Assembly: GCA_045863295.1 (NCBI GenBank)
Contig: BTWA01000004.1
Coordinates: 1-64,000, forward strand
Source of the DNA: Candidatus Hydrogenedentota bacterium
GTDB taxonomy: Bacteria > Hydrogenedentota > Hydrogenedentia > Hydrogenedentales > SLHB01
Direction: 5' to 3'
Length of the DNA stretch: 64,000 nucleotides
Shown: one piece after another, positions 36,273-47,799 of the stretch
Layout: the number at the start of each line of letters is the position of its first letter
Position numbering within the stretch: position 1 is the stretch's first letter
Translations under genes and position numbers: made by a program
The notes under the pieces: generated by a model
The model's input: only the letters and a program-made list of their open reading frames with translations
What the model was told of the DNA's origin: nothing
The model's database searches: none

Positions 36273-37684
36273 TTATGTACGGCAATGTGCTGGTGATCGG
36301 GGGTGGCATCGCAGGGATACGGGCGGCGCTGGATCTGGCCGAGAGCGGCGTAGGCGTGGTGCTCGTGGAGACCGAGCCGGTCATCGGCGGGACGATGGCC
36401 GCGCGCCTTTCCGAAGCGGGCGAGACGTTTCATGTGGGACCGGGCAACCAAGTGCCTCATCCGCTGCCGGTCTCGCAGCACCCAAACATTGAGCTTCTAA
36501 CGTTGAGCGATTTGGTTTCGTTGGAAGGAACGCCGGGACGTTTCGTGGCTACAATACGGCGGCGGGCCCGTTTTGTAAGTGATGCCTGCACGCAATGCAA
36601 CCGGTGTCACGTGGCGTGTCCTTCGGTGGTGCCGAACGAGTATCAGTCCGGCCTGGTATATCGCAAGGCCATCTACACGCCCTTTCATGGAGCGGTTCCC
36701 CCGACGTATGCCATCGATATCGAGCATTGTCTGAACACTCCTCCCAACTACCTTCCATGCCGCAGGTGCATCGATGTGTGCGAAGACCATGCCATACGAT
36801 TTGACGGGGCGTTGGAGACGGTGGTTCGGCGCGAAGTATCGGCGGCGATTGTATGCGTGGGATACAGCCTTGCCGATTCGACGCCTTTAAAGGAATTTGG
36901 GTATGGGGAACAGCCGGACATTCTGACATACATGGAACTGGAACGACTGACTTCTTCGGTCGGGCCTACGGGCGGGTACTTGGAAAAGATATCGAACGAG
37001 GCGACGCCGGAGAATGTGTTGTACGTGATTGCGGACTCTTCTCGCTGGTCTTGTTTGTGCGCGGCCGCGCAGACAGACCGGCTCGTGGCTCAGGGGATCA
37101 CGGACATTACCGTATTGCATCCCGCGAGTACCCTGTTTGGGGATACGTTCGAACATTTCTGGAGTACGCACACGAAGCACCCGGTGCGGTTGACGGAAGG
37201 AACACTGGACCGGCTGGCCCCCATTGAGGACGACATGATGCGGGCGCACTACCGGCGCAACGGCGATGCGGCCATGGCTACACAGGACTTTGACATGGTG
37301 GTGTTTACGACGGCCGTACAGCCCAGTCCGGGCCTTGACGCGCTTGCGCATGCGTTGCGCATCGATTTGGATGACTGCGGCTTCATCAAGCGCGGGTCAC
37401 CCGAAAACGGCATGAATGCGACGACGCGGCCGGGCGTGTACGCGGCGGGGTGCGCGTGCGGTCCCAAGGATGTGGCGGACAGCATCGCGGAGAGCAAGGC
37501 GGCCGCGATCTATGCGTTACGCCATTTAGACCGGCGGCGCGAGGCCACTCCCCTTCCCGAACTTGCGATGGGCGGCACTGAACCTGCGTCGAGCCATTCC
37601 ACGTCCTCTAGCGACGAGATCCGCGGACGGATAGAGCGGGTTGTCGTGCGCCTTATGGAAATGGGTGGCGGGTCGATTGGCTGA
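36269..37684 (+). CDS. HdrA-like FAD/Fe-S flavoprotein (degenerate)
   Basis: GGGIAGI..ALDLA, HPNIEL, CTQCNRCHVACP, RKAIY.PF..AVP, ELER...GPTGG, GPKDV.DS. Confidence 0.85.
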   Translation: MIMYGNVLVIGGGIAGIRAALDLAESGVGVVLVETEPVIGGTMAARLSEAGETFHVGPGNQVPHPLPVSQHPNIELLTLSDLVSLEGTPGRFVATIRRRARFVSDACTQCNRCHVACPSVVPNEYQSGLVYRKAIYTPFHGAVPPTYAIDIEHCLNTPPNYLPCRRCIDVCEDHAIRFDGALETVVRREVSAAIVCVGYSLADSTPLKEFGYGEQPDILTYMELERLTSSVGPTGGYLEKISNEATPENVLYVIADSSRWSCLCAAAQTDRLVAQGITDITVLHPASTLFGDTFEHFWSTHTKHPVRLTEGTLDRLAPIEDDMMRAHYRRNGDAAMATQDFDMVVFTTAVQPSPGLDALAHALRIDLDDCGFIKRGSPENGMNATTRPGVYAAGCACGPKDVADSIAESKAAAIYALRHLDRRREATPLPELAMGGTEPASSHSTSSSDEIRGRIERVVVRLMEMGGGSIG

Positions 37685-37829
37685 TCCCACACCCGCGATT
37701 TACGATTACACTTTCCGGTTCTGATAATCCTGCTCGTCTGCCATTATGTGTTGCCCACCTGTTGTGGTAGGATGGGGAAACATTCTTGGGTGTGCATTGA
37801 GGGCGGTTATTTCTTGGAGGATTACGGGC

Positions 37830-38744
37830 ATGAATCGCAGGCAGTTTGTGGCGGCGGGCTTGGGGACGGCGGCGGCAGTGGCGGGTGCGGCGCTGGGATC
37901 GAAGGATGTGGCGCAGGCGGCACCTCAACGCACTTTCAAACTGAAATACGCGCCCCACTTTGGCATGTTCAAAGAGAGCGCGGGCGAGGATCTGATCGAT
38001 CAGTTGAAGTTCATGGCGGATCAGGGATTCACGGCGCTGGAAGACAACGGCATGCGAGGGCGGCCGGTGGACGTGCAGGAAAAGATTGGCCAGGAGTTGA
38101 GCCGTCTGGGTATGACGATGGGGGTGTTTGTTGCAACGGGCGACTTCAAGAATGTCACGTTTGCCACGGACAGCGAAGAGGCGCGCGCCAAGATTCTGGC
38201 GGATATGAAAGATTCACTTGAGGTGGCCAAACGCGTGAACGCGAAGTGGGCGACGGTGGTGCCGGGACGTTATGACGAAGGCCTGGAATGGGATTATCAG
38301 AATGTGCACGTCATCGACAATTTGAAGCGGTGCTGCGAATTGCTGGAACCGGCGGGTCTGGCGATGGTGTTGGAGCCGCTGAATCCCTGGCGGGATCACC
38401 CCGGGCTGTTCCTGACGAAAATTCCGCAGGCATACATGATTTGCCGCGGTGTGGGCAGTCCGTCGTGCAAGATTCTCTTTGACATTTATCATCAACAGAT
38501 CACCGAAGGCAATCTGATTCCCAACATGGAAAAGGCATGGGACGAGATTGCGTATTTCCAGGTGGGCGACAATCCGGGCCGCAAAGAGCCCACCACCGGC
38601 GAGATTAATTATTTAAACGTGTTCAAGTACATCCACGGTCGCGGGTTCAACGGGGTCGTGGGGATGGAACACGGCAATTCCAAGCCGGGCAAGGAAGGCG
38701 AACAAGCGGTCATTGACGCGTATGTAGTGAGCGACCAATTCTAA
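37830..38744 (+). CDS. Tat-exported hydroxypyruvate isomerase-like TIM-barrel protein
   Basis: Tat motif NRRQFV; LEPLN, FDIYHQQITEGN, GDNPGRKEP.TGEINY. Confidence 0.9.
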   Translation: MNRRQFVAAGLGTAAAVAGAALGSKDVAQAAPQRTFKLKYAPHFGMFKESAGEDLIDQLKFMADQGFTALEDNGMRGRPVDVQEKIGQELSRLGMTMGVFVATGDFKNVTFATDSEEARAKILADMKDSLEVAKRVNAKWATVVPGRYDEGLEWDYQNVHVIDNLKRCCELLEPAGLAMVLEPLNPWRDHPGLFLTKIPQAYMICRGVGSPSCKILFDIYHQQITEGNLIPNMEKAWDEIAYFQVGDNPGRKEPTTGEINYLNVFKYIHGRGFNGVVGMEHGNSKPGKEGEQAVIDAYVVSDQF

Positions 38745-38844
38745 CAGTGCGATATTTCGGCGGCCCATGCGATGGTCTGAAGACAGCGTGGGCCGCCGAT
38801 TGACTGCAAGCTGGTGAGCACAGTACCCCAATGGGAGGACTTGT

Positions 38845-40881
38845 GTGATGATACGACTTGCTGTTTGTTTGTCAATCCCACTGATTGTGTATTTCCTTCT
38901 GCCCCCCCTGCAAGCGCGGGCGCAAGAGCTTGCGCACGTGCCCTTCCCAAGGACTACTTCGGGCACTGAGTACCGTGAAGATATTAACCAGTATTTCTGG
39001 AACAAGAATTTCGCGGCGCTTGAAGATATCGTGCGACAGATTTATGCGCGAGACGGGCAACACCTGCCGGATGGCACTTCCCTACTTGGCGTGTACTACG
39101 CGGTGCTTGGCATCGACAGTCTGGACGATTCAGTGCGGGATAAGAAGATCGCGATCGCGAAGGAATGGCGAGAATCTTTTCCCAACTCAGCCACTGTTCG
39201 GATTTTGCTCGCCCAAATGCATATCAGTCTGGCGTGGCAATCGCGCGGCAGCGGCTGGGCAAGCAGTGTGACGCTTGCGGGATGGCAAGAATTTCGCGAC
39301 AACATCGATTCGGCCGAAACGCTACTGGAGGAAGCAGAGGCTTTGGGGGTGCGCGACGCAGAATTGCACAGCAACAAGATCACCGTGGCGATGGCCAAGA
39401 ACGGCTCCGCGTCGGCCATCCTCTCGGAATTCCACAAGGGCATTTCGATACTGCCTGAACATCATGATCTGTATATTGCCGCTACGAATGCGTTGTTGCC
39501 CCGTTGGGGCGGTTCGCGGGATTCTGTCGAATCGTTTGCCGACGATGCGGTGAAACGTACTTCCGAGGCGTTGGGCGAGGGCGCGTACTACTGGATTACC
39601 AGCCTTGTGGAATCCATGGAAACCGAGCGGGACTACCGCCGGTACCAGTTGCCTTGGGTTCGGGTAAAGAAAGCCTATCTGGATCTCAAGGAGCGTGGCT
39701 TTGCCTTCAACTACACCGCAAACTACATGTGTTACTGGTCGGGGCGGGAAAACGACCGAGAGTTCATGAGGGCGTGCATGCGGGATATGGGAGGTATCGT
39801 GCATGCGACGGTCTGGTCGCAGGCTACGTACGAACGTTGGAAGGTCTGGGCCGAAGGGGCCGGAGAATTCCCGGGAATGAAGCCTATCCACCGTGCCGTA
39901 TTGGAAGGGGATCTACAAGGGGTCAAACTGTTGCTGGACGAGGGCGTGGATGTGAACACGCGCGACGACAAAATGCGTACGCCGCTTTTGCTGGCGGTAA
40001 CAGGCGACAAATGGCCGATTGTGTCCTTGTTGTTGGAAGCGGGCGCCGACCCGAATGCCCAGCGTGACGAGGGCTGGAGCCCGTTTCACTATGTGCTGTA
40101 TGAGATGATTCCGGAATGGTCCGAGTCCGAGCCGAAGTCAAGTTCGCCAACCGGGCTGCTGGAGAGTGTGCAATCGGCCGCGATGAATCTCCTCGACACC
40201 GGGGCGCGTTACCAAGAAGAACAGATGGATAGTCGATTGCGGGCGGCGAAAGAGATGATCGAACGCGGCGCGGACCTGACAGTAGTCACAGAAGGCGGCA
40301 CAACCGCGCTCCAGCTTCTCGCCTGCGTGGGTGATGCAACGCTGATGAAGGAGGCGATGGAGAAGTCCGACGCGGATGTCAACGCACGCAACAGGAATGG
40401 ATCGACGGCACTCGGAATCGCGGCGGATTATTCGCACTGGGATGTGGTGGCCCTGCTGCTGGAGCGCAAGGCCGATCCTAACATTGGAACGAACAACGGC
40501 TGGACACCGCTCTGTTGCGCAGTTGACCGTGGGCACGGCGAGACGGTCTCGCTGTTGCTGAAGCATGGCGCGGATGTGAATCTGGCCGATCAGACGGGGT
40601 GGACTCCGCTGCATATGGCGGCGATGGAAGGCAACGCGGAGATGACGACGATTCTGCTGGCACAGCAGGGAGTCGTGGTCGATGCTATCGGCGAGTCGGG
40701 GCGTACGCCTTTGTTGACCGCGGCACGCAACGGGCATGCGGAGGTTGCCCGGTTGCTGATTGACGCAGGAGCGAATGCGACGCTGAAAGACATGAAAGGC
40801 AAGTCCGCCCTTGATCTGGCGACGGCCAGGAGCCACACGGCGGTGATGGAATTGTTGAAGGGGAAACCACGCAGCAACTAA
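38845..40881 (+). CDS. Secreted DUF4034-like domain + ankyrin repeat protein
   Basis: Signal peptide; AWQSRGSGWASSV, LLPRWGGS; multiple TPLH/TPLL ankyrin repeats. Confidence 0.85.
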   Translation: MMIRLAVCLSIPLIVYFLLPPLQARAQELAHVPFPRTTSGTEYREDINQYFWNKNFAALEDIVRQIYARDGQHLPDGTSLLGVYYAVLGIDSLDDSVRDKKIAIAKEWRESFPNSATVRILLAQMHISLAWQSRGSGWASSVTLAGWQEFRDNIDSAETLLEEAEALGVRDAELHSNKITVAMAKNGSASAILSEFHKGISILPEHHDLYIAATNALLPRWGGSRDSVESFADDAVKRTSEALGEGAYYWITSLVESMETERDYRRYQLPWVRVKKAYLDLKERGFAFNYTANYMCYWSGRENDREFMRACMRDMGGIVHATVWSQATYERWKVWAEGAGEFPGMKPIHRAVLEGDLQGVKLLLDEGVDVNTRDDKMRTPLLLAVTGDKWPIVSLLLEAGADPNAQRDEGWSPFHYVLYEMIPEWSESEPKSSSPTGLLESVQSAAMNLLDTGARYQEEQMDSRLRAAKEMIERGADLTVVTEGGTTALQLLACVGDATLMKEAMEKSDADVNARNRNGSTALGIAADYSHWDVVALLLERKADPNIGTNNGWTPLCCAVDRGHGETVSLLLKHGADVNLADQTGWTPLHMAAMEGNAEMTTILLAQQGVVVDAIGESGRTPLLTAARNGHAEVARLLIDAGANATLKDMKGKSALDLATARSHTAVMELLKGKPRSN

Positions 40882-40938
40882 ACGTTGCCTCCTGGGATTG
40901 GATCGCGAGACGAACTTCGAGTGGAGGTTTGGTCCTGT

Positions 40939-41247
40939 ATGCGATACGCGACTTTTCTTGCTTTGTGCTTTGCCGCCGTTTCAACGTTGAGCCTTGATAC
41001 GCAGCCTCTCCAAGACCGGATTCCTGTCAGGAACCGGGACGGGTTCAAGAAGGCAATGGTGGACACGTTGAATGCGCGCGACTTCGACTCCCTCGATCAA
41101 TTGGCCGCCGATATTGAGTCTGGCGCGTTTCCGTTTCGGCTGGATACCCTTCAGCGGACCATGGACGTGTACTACGGCGCACTGGGCATCTGTGGGCTTA
41201 ACGAAGCCGAGACCGCCGCGCGATTGTGGCCTCCTTGGGACCGGTGA
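40939..41247 (+). pseudogene. Truncated paralog of the upstream DUF4034-like protein
   Basis: GGAGG RBS and signal peptide; DFDSLDQLA...DVYYGALGI matches NFAALEDIV...GVYYAVLGI; stops after 102 aa. Confidence 0.6.
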
Positions 41248-41341
41248 AAAACGTACCGTTGTTGGGGTCGGATTTCGAGCGTCTGTTTACAGGCAGGAAG
41301 TTCAGATGCAAAAGGATACCGCCGTCTGCTGCGAGAAAAAA

Positions 41342-41416
41342 TGGTAGCCCGTAGGGGAGTCGAACCCCTGCGACAGGACTGAGAACCCTGCATCCTAACC
41401 ACTAGATGAACGGGCC
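41342..41416 (-). tRNA. tRNA-Glu (CTC)
   Basis: GGCCCGT...CAGGG-TT-CTC-AG-TCCTG...GGTTCGACTCC...ACCA cloverleaf. Confidence 0.95.
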
Positions 41417-41454
41417 ACGCTTCAACAGGCCTTCGTGGAAAGCCCGGATTGAGC

Positions 41455-41530
41455 TGGTTGCCGGACTAGGACTCGAACCTAGAATCTCCTGAGTCAGAGT
41501 CAGGCGCCTTACCAATTTGGCTATCCGGCA
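41455..41530 (-). tRNA. tRNA-Gln (CTG)
   Basis: TGCCGGA...CCTGA-CT-CTG-AC-TCAGG...GGTTCGAGTCC...ACCA cloverleaf. Confidence 0.95.
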
Positions 41531-41553
41531 AAATCTGCTAACGGCGACTTGGG

Positions 41554-41582
41554 ATCGTAGCGAAATATGGCGAAACAGTCAA
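41554..41582 (-). promoter_or_regulatory. Sigma-70 promoter of tRNA pair
   Basis: TTGACT-N17-TACGAT. Confidence 0.7.
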
Positions 41583-41819
41583 GTTTTGCGGTTTTGATCC
41601 ATGTGCCAACCTTGGCTGCATGACAATTTCGTAACGGATTGCACGGAATGGTTGTCATGCTGCGTCGGCATACTCCAAATAGGAAATGACCTGCGGGCCA
41701 AGGAGTTGCCGGTATGGAGCAAAATCACGGATTGGGCGCGCTGTTGTGCAAGCTGGGGGTTGCCTGCGATGGCCGGTGGGAGGCCATGGCGGAGGCGTCA
41801 GAGCGGCGTGACCGGGACG

Positions 41820-41862
41820 AAAATAAACTCCCCGCTCCGCATTTGCCGCGGAGCGGGGAGCT
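41820..41862 (-). terminator. Intrinsic terminator after groEL
   Basis: CTCCCCGCTCCGC/GCGGAGCGGGGAG stem followed by TTTATTTT on minus. Confidence 0.85.
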
Positions 41863-41899
41863 GAATAGCGCCGATTAGACGCCGCGCGAGCGGGGTCGA

Positions 41900-43579
<1,680 letters not shown>

Positions 43580-43591
43580 TTAAACCCTTCG

Positions 43592-43882
43592 TTACTTCTC
43601 GATGACCGCCAACACATCGTCTTCGCGCATGATGATGTGTTCGTCGCCGTCGATCTTCACTTCCGTGCCGGAATACTTGCCCATAAGGATGCGGTCGCCC
43701 TTTTTGACTTCGAGGGGCACGCGTTTGCCGTTTTCGTCCAAGCGGCCGGGGCCGACTTCGATGACTTTGCCTTCTTGGGGCTTTTCCTTGGCCGTGTCGG
43801 GGATGATGATTCCCCCGCGGACGGTTTCACTGGGCTCTTCGCGCTTCACGAGAATGCGATCTGCAAGCGGTTTCACTTTCAT
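43592..43882 (-). CDS. groES: Co-chaperonin GroES
   Basis: [27 protein letters not shown]. Confidence 0.99.
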   Translation of the reverse strand: MKVKPLADRILVKREEPSETVRGGIIIPDTAKEKPQEGKVIEVGPGRLDENGKRVPLEVKKGDRILMGKYSGTEVKIDGDEHIIMREDDVLAVIEK

Positions 43883-43979
43883 GGTCTAACTCCCTCACCT
43901 TGTTACCGTTACCAAGTTGTTTCCGAATTTTGTTTTCGATGGCCGGTCATACAATCCGGGCATCGTGCCTTGCTTTGAA

Positions 43980-43995
43980 AGCAACCTGTATACCA
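43980..43995 (-). promoter_or_regulatory. Sigma-54 promoter candidate for groESL
   Basis: TGGTAT-ACAGG-TTGCT; IHF-like site at 44012-44024. Confidence 0.6.
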
Positions 43996-44142
43996 ATTGA
44001 CCTCGATCACATAACTTGTTTATATAAATGGGCTTACACCCACAACTCAGCAATTGACATTTAGGCTGATTGCCCATCTGACAAGGCCTGGGTCCCGTGG
44101 AGGCCATTTTGACCTGTTTGCTGCTGCCAAAATGGCAGTCTA

Positions 44143-44169
44143 TTAGCAGCCAGCCGTGTCGAGTGCCAA
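44143..44169 (-). promoter_or_regulatory. CIRCE (HrcA operator)
   Basis: TTGGCACTC-N9-GGCTGCTAA versus TTAGCACTC-N9-GAGTGCTAA; upstream of groES. Confidence 0.75.
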
Positions 44170-44289
44170 AATAGCAAACAATCGCAAAAAGGTCAAGTGT
44201 GCCGCGCGCAACGCTCGCTGGCCTCCGAGATCGTGCTCGTGTCAGAATGGAGGCTGGGCACCATCGTCGAAACTTTGCGAGAGTCCTCT

Positions 44290-45018
44290 GTGCAACTTCT
44301 GGTCGTCTCCGATCTCCACTACAGTCTGAAACAGTACGATTGGATCTACGAGCGCCGCCGCCCCGATGAATTGCTGGTAATCGCGGGCGACCTGCTGGAC
44401 ATCGCGGGACACGTGGACCTCGACACGCAGATAGTCGTGGTGGAGAAGTATCTGCGGCGTCTGGCCGTCTCGGGCGCCCTTGTGGTTTGTTCGGGCAACC
44501 ACGACCTGGATGCGGAATCCCCGGAAGGCGAGCCGTATGCGGAGTGGTTGCAGGGGTTGCGCGGGGCGGGCATCAGCGTGGACGGGCAAGGCCTCACGAT
44601 CGACGGCACGCGGATCAGCGTGTGTCCCTGGTGGGAAGGCGAATCCGGCCGGCTTGACGTAGAGACTTTCCTTCGCGATGAGGGCGATTCGAAATCCGAA
44701 AATCGGTGGATCTGGATATATCATGCGCCTCCTTCCGGGTCGAAGACATCATGGAACGGCAAGAAGTTTTCCGGCGATGAGTTCTTGCGCCGGATGATTG
44801 GCGAAATGCGTCCGGACATTGTGATTGGGGGCCACATTCACAATTCGCCATTCTATGGCGAGGGTTCATGGTTTGATCGCGTGGACGGCACATGGGTGTT
44901 CAATCCGGGCCGGCTGATGGCATCCACTCCGACATGTATTCGCGTGGATCTGGATGCCATGCGAGCGACGTGGGAATCGCCCGAGGGAGATGAGCACATC
45001 GCCTTGTCTGCGACTTGA
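44290..45018 (+). CDS. Calcineurin-like metallophosphoesterase (Icc-related)
   Basis: SDLH, AGDLLD, SGNHD, YHAPP, GHIH; start uncertain. Confidence 0.9.
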   Translation: MQLLVVSDLHYSLKQYDWIYERRRPDELLVIAGDLLDIAGHVDLDTQIVVVEKYLRRLAVSGALVVCSGNHDLDAESPEGEPYAEWLQGLRGAGISVDGQGLTIDGTRISVCPWWEGESGRLDVETFLRDEGDSKSENRWIWIYHAPPSGSKTSWNGKKFSGDEFLRRMIGEMRPDIVIGGHIHNSPFYGEGSWFDRVDGTWVFNPGRLMASTPTCIRVDLDAMRATWESPEGDEHIALSAT

Positions 45019-45020
45019 GT

Positions 45021-45494
45021 TTACTCCCCTGCGCGGGAGCGCGCCCGAATCTGTCTTGGATGACGGTTCATCAATGCGCCGAGCACATCATCCACCATGC
45101 TTACATGACCCTCGTGTTCGCGCAATTGCGCTTTCACATCGATGAGGTACCGGTTGAGCGATTCCAGTCGTTGGGCAAGAATACGGCTTACATACAGCAT
45201 GACGTCCGGATTGGACTGCAGATAGAATTCCGGTTCGTCCGCCACGCGGCATGTGGTTTCTTCGCATGCAATCACCGAGGCCGTGTGTGGACACCTCAAC
45301 AACACGGACATTTCGCCGAACATGGCCCCTCGTTCGCGAACCGTGGTCAACGTCACGCCGTCTTTTACGACTTCCACACCACCCTGATCGAAGAAGAGCA
45401 ACACAGAGGCCGCCGTGCTTTCGGATAAGAGGATCTCGCCCGTATTGAAGGTCACCGTGGGCAATTTCCAAATGGCTTCCGGAGGTACGAACAT
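45021..45494 (-). CDS. Stand-alone cyclic nucleotide-binding domain protein
   Basis: G.VEV.KDG, GAMFGEMSVL...HTASV; ATG at 45494 after AAGGAG; no HTH evident. Confidence 0.85.
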   Translation of the reverse strand: MFVPPEAIWKLPTVTFNTGEILLSESTAASVLLFFDQGGVEVVKDGVTLTTVRERGAMFGEMSVLLRCPHTASVIACEETTCRVADEPEFYLQSNPDVMLYVSRILAQRLESLNRYLIDVKAQLREHEGHVSMVDDVLGALMNRHPRQIRARSRAGE

Positions 45495-45712
45495 GGCATG
45501 ACTCCTTGAATTTCCAGGACGGCATTGTACGCGCTTGCTGATTGTGGAGACCATCGCCGGACACTGGACCACAATCCCGAGACCGAAATTGGACGTTGCT
45601 ATAGGGCTCATGTTCAATTACGCGAATATCGATACGCACAATAAAATGTTTACAATACCGTATAAATCGTAATAGTTACATAAGAATTATCGATTTGACA
45701 TCCCGATTCTCC

Positions 45713-45741
45713 TTGACACCCCTCAAAAACAATGCTAGTTT
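45713..45741 (+). promoter_or_regulatory. Sigma-70 promoter about 475 nt upstream of DUF1559 gene C
   Basis: TTGACA-N17-TAGTTT with extended TG; AT-rich upstream region. Confidence 0.6.
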
Positions 45742-46217
45742 ATGTCCTAGGCTTCCATGGTACTAGTTCAAAAGTCGGTACGGGTTAAGTGGCGCGCCTT
45801 GTTGGAGTTGGGCTGACGATCAGGGCGTCATCGCGTGGGCACGTAAGCTTGGACGGGATGCGGTGCGGTACTTGCCCCGTTGAAGTGCGGTTCCTGACGA
45901 GTCGGAATTCTCCGACCGTTAAAGGTTGCTTTGAGCTATCCAATTTGCGCCAACCGGATCCGTCTTTCGGTGTGAGGGCGGTCCGTTGCGAGGGGGCGAA
46001 TTAGAGCGGATCCGTAATCCGCTGCACGCGTAGGCAAGTTGAACAGGGCCGAAGTTCATAACGTTGGGAAAGGAGGACATCCGCAGTCTGGACATAAATC
46101 GAATCGTTGGCAATCGATATCGGCGGAATCGCCCCCCAATTTCGGTGTGAGATTACCCAACGAGGGGACTGTGTTGGCCGCTCGGTAGATACAGTTCAGC
46201 TCAAGGAGCACGGACAC

Positions 46218-47192
46218 ATGAGATCACGAGAGCGAGGGTTCACCCTCATCGAGCTTCTTGTAGTAATCGCGATCATTGGCATCCTTGCCGCTATTTTGCT
46301 TCCCGCCCTTGCACGAGCGCGCGAAGCTGCGCGTCGTGCGTCTTGTCAGAACAATCTCAAACAATTTGGCTTGATACATAAGATGTTTGCTGACGAACAC
46401 AAGGGTCTGTGGGTTGGGCGGCCGGTGCGCTACGACGGCAACTTCGCGGCGGACGGATCGAACCGCGTGTGGCACGGATTCAACGCGCCCGAGTTGCACC
46501 CAGAATATCTAACGGATCTGAATATCATGTTCTGTCCTTCGGATTCATCGAGTCCGAATCAGACATTGCAGAATTATCTCATTTCGAGCGATCAGGGCGG
46601 TATCCTTCGGCGCGTAGGCACAGGGTGGAACACCCCCGCAGCCCAACCCAACCCTGTGGCCACGTTCACTTCAATGGCGAGCCATAACGATTGCAACACA
46701 CAACCGGCCAACTGCTGGATCATGGGCTACGATTGGTCCTATGCGTACTGGGCGGTCATGATCGATCCGGCTTGGGTGGCGAGCCCGCTGGATTCGGCGG
46801 CCATGTTTAACTACCTGCATGACGGCAGCGTGAACGGCATGGGCCGTTATTCAAAGTTATACGAAGACGGTGAGATCGCCCTGCCGGCATTCGGGCAGAC
46901 GGTCGATGTTCACCACTTGAAGGAAGGCATCGAACGTTTCCTTATCACGGACATCAACAACCCGGGCGCGTCGACCAAGTCGCAGTCGACGATAATTGCG
47001 ATGTGGGACACCATACGTACCCGGTCGAACAACGCGGTGTTTGCTGACGACTTCAGCCACGTGCCCGGTGGCGCCAATGTGCTCTTTATGGATGGGCACG
47101 TGGAGTTCGCAAAGTTCCCGCAAAGCACGGGATCGAAAATGTGGATTGCCACGACGGAGATTCTGACGGACGGCGTTGAATATTCGCCGTGA
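46218..47192 (+). CDS. DUF1559 / prepilin-type protein C
   Basis: [56 protein letters not shown]. Confidence 0.93.
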   Translation: MRSRERGFTLIELLVVIAIIGILAAILLPALARAREAARRASCQNNLKQFGLIHKMFADEHKGLWVGRPVRYDGNFAADGSNRVWHGFNAPELHPEYLTDLNIMFCPSDSSSPNQTLQNYLISSDQGGILRRVGTGWNTPAAQPNPVATFTSMASHNDCNTQPANCWIMGYDWSYAYWAVMIDPAWVASPLDSAAMFNYLHDGSVNGMGRYSKLYEDGEIALPAFGQTVDVHHLKEGIERFLITDINNPGASTKSQSTIIAMWDTIRTRSNNAVFADDFSHVPGGANVLFMDGHVEFAKFPQSTGSKMWIATTEILTDGVEYSP

Positions 47193-47279
47193 CGTTCTGA
47201 TTCGGCTGCGAGGGGCCGTGCAGGGTTTGCGGCCCCTCGCACGCCCTCAACAACTCGATGCCGGGTACACCATGGGAGT

Positions 47280-47672
47280 ATGGTTTCCGTGATAAACGTG
47301 AATCTGACAAAACGTGGGGCCTTGGCCTTCGCGATAGTTTTGCTGGGCGCGACGTGGATCGTGGGGTGTGGCGGCGGAGGTTCGGCGGAAACGGAAACGG
47401 GAAGCGTTTACGACGCAGCCGCGGCAGGTGATTTGTCTGTCGTTACCGCTCAAATCCGTGCGGGGTTTGACGTGAATGAACCGGACCCGCAAGGGCGCAC
47501 GTTGGCGCACTATGCGGCCATGGGCAATCACGTGAGTATTCTCGAGTACCTGACCGAGGAGTTTAACGCCTCGGTGGGAAAGGCGGACAGCGGCGGCAAA
47601 ACGCCACTGGATCTGGCCCGGGAACACAATGCCGCGGACGCGGCCACATATTTGCAGGGCGAAGGCGGGTGA
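47280..47672 (+). CDS. Ankyrin repeat lipoprotein
   Basis: Lipobox IVGC; GRTLAHYAA, GKTPLDLA. Confidence 0.85.
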   Translation: MVSVINVNLTKRGALAFAIVLLGATWIVGCGGGGSAETETGSVYDAAAAGDLSVVTAQIRAGFDVNEPDPQGRTLAHYAAMGNHVSILEYLTEEFNASVGKADSGGKTPLDLAREHNAADAATYLQGEGG

Positions 47673-47739
47673 TTGGAACGATTTGGATTCCCATTCCTTT
47701 CGGCCTTACTTCTTTGGCAGGTTGGAGTTCGCGAAATGC

Positions 47740-47769
47740 AAAACGCCCCGGCATTTGCCGGGGCGTTTT
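47740..47769. terminator. Bidirectional intrinsic terminator
   Basis: AAAACGCCCCGGC-ATTT-GCCGGGGCGTTTT between convergent genes. Confidence 0.85.
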
Positions 47770-47799
47770 GGGTATGCAGTAGGTAGCGCGATAGCTCCC

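Noticed and set aside
41245..41260. Selenocysteine or readthrough at the TGA of the truncated DUF4034-like ORF
   Set aside because: Only about 95 bp remain before the tRNA; no SECIS-like hairpin or sustained homology.
41615..41663. GCATGACAA...TTGTCATGC inverted repeat upstream of the tRNA promoter
   Set aside because: Single occurrence with no supporting context; cannot distinguish an operator from chance.
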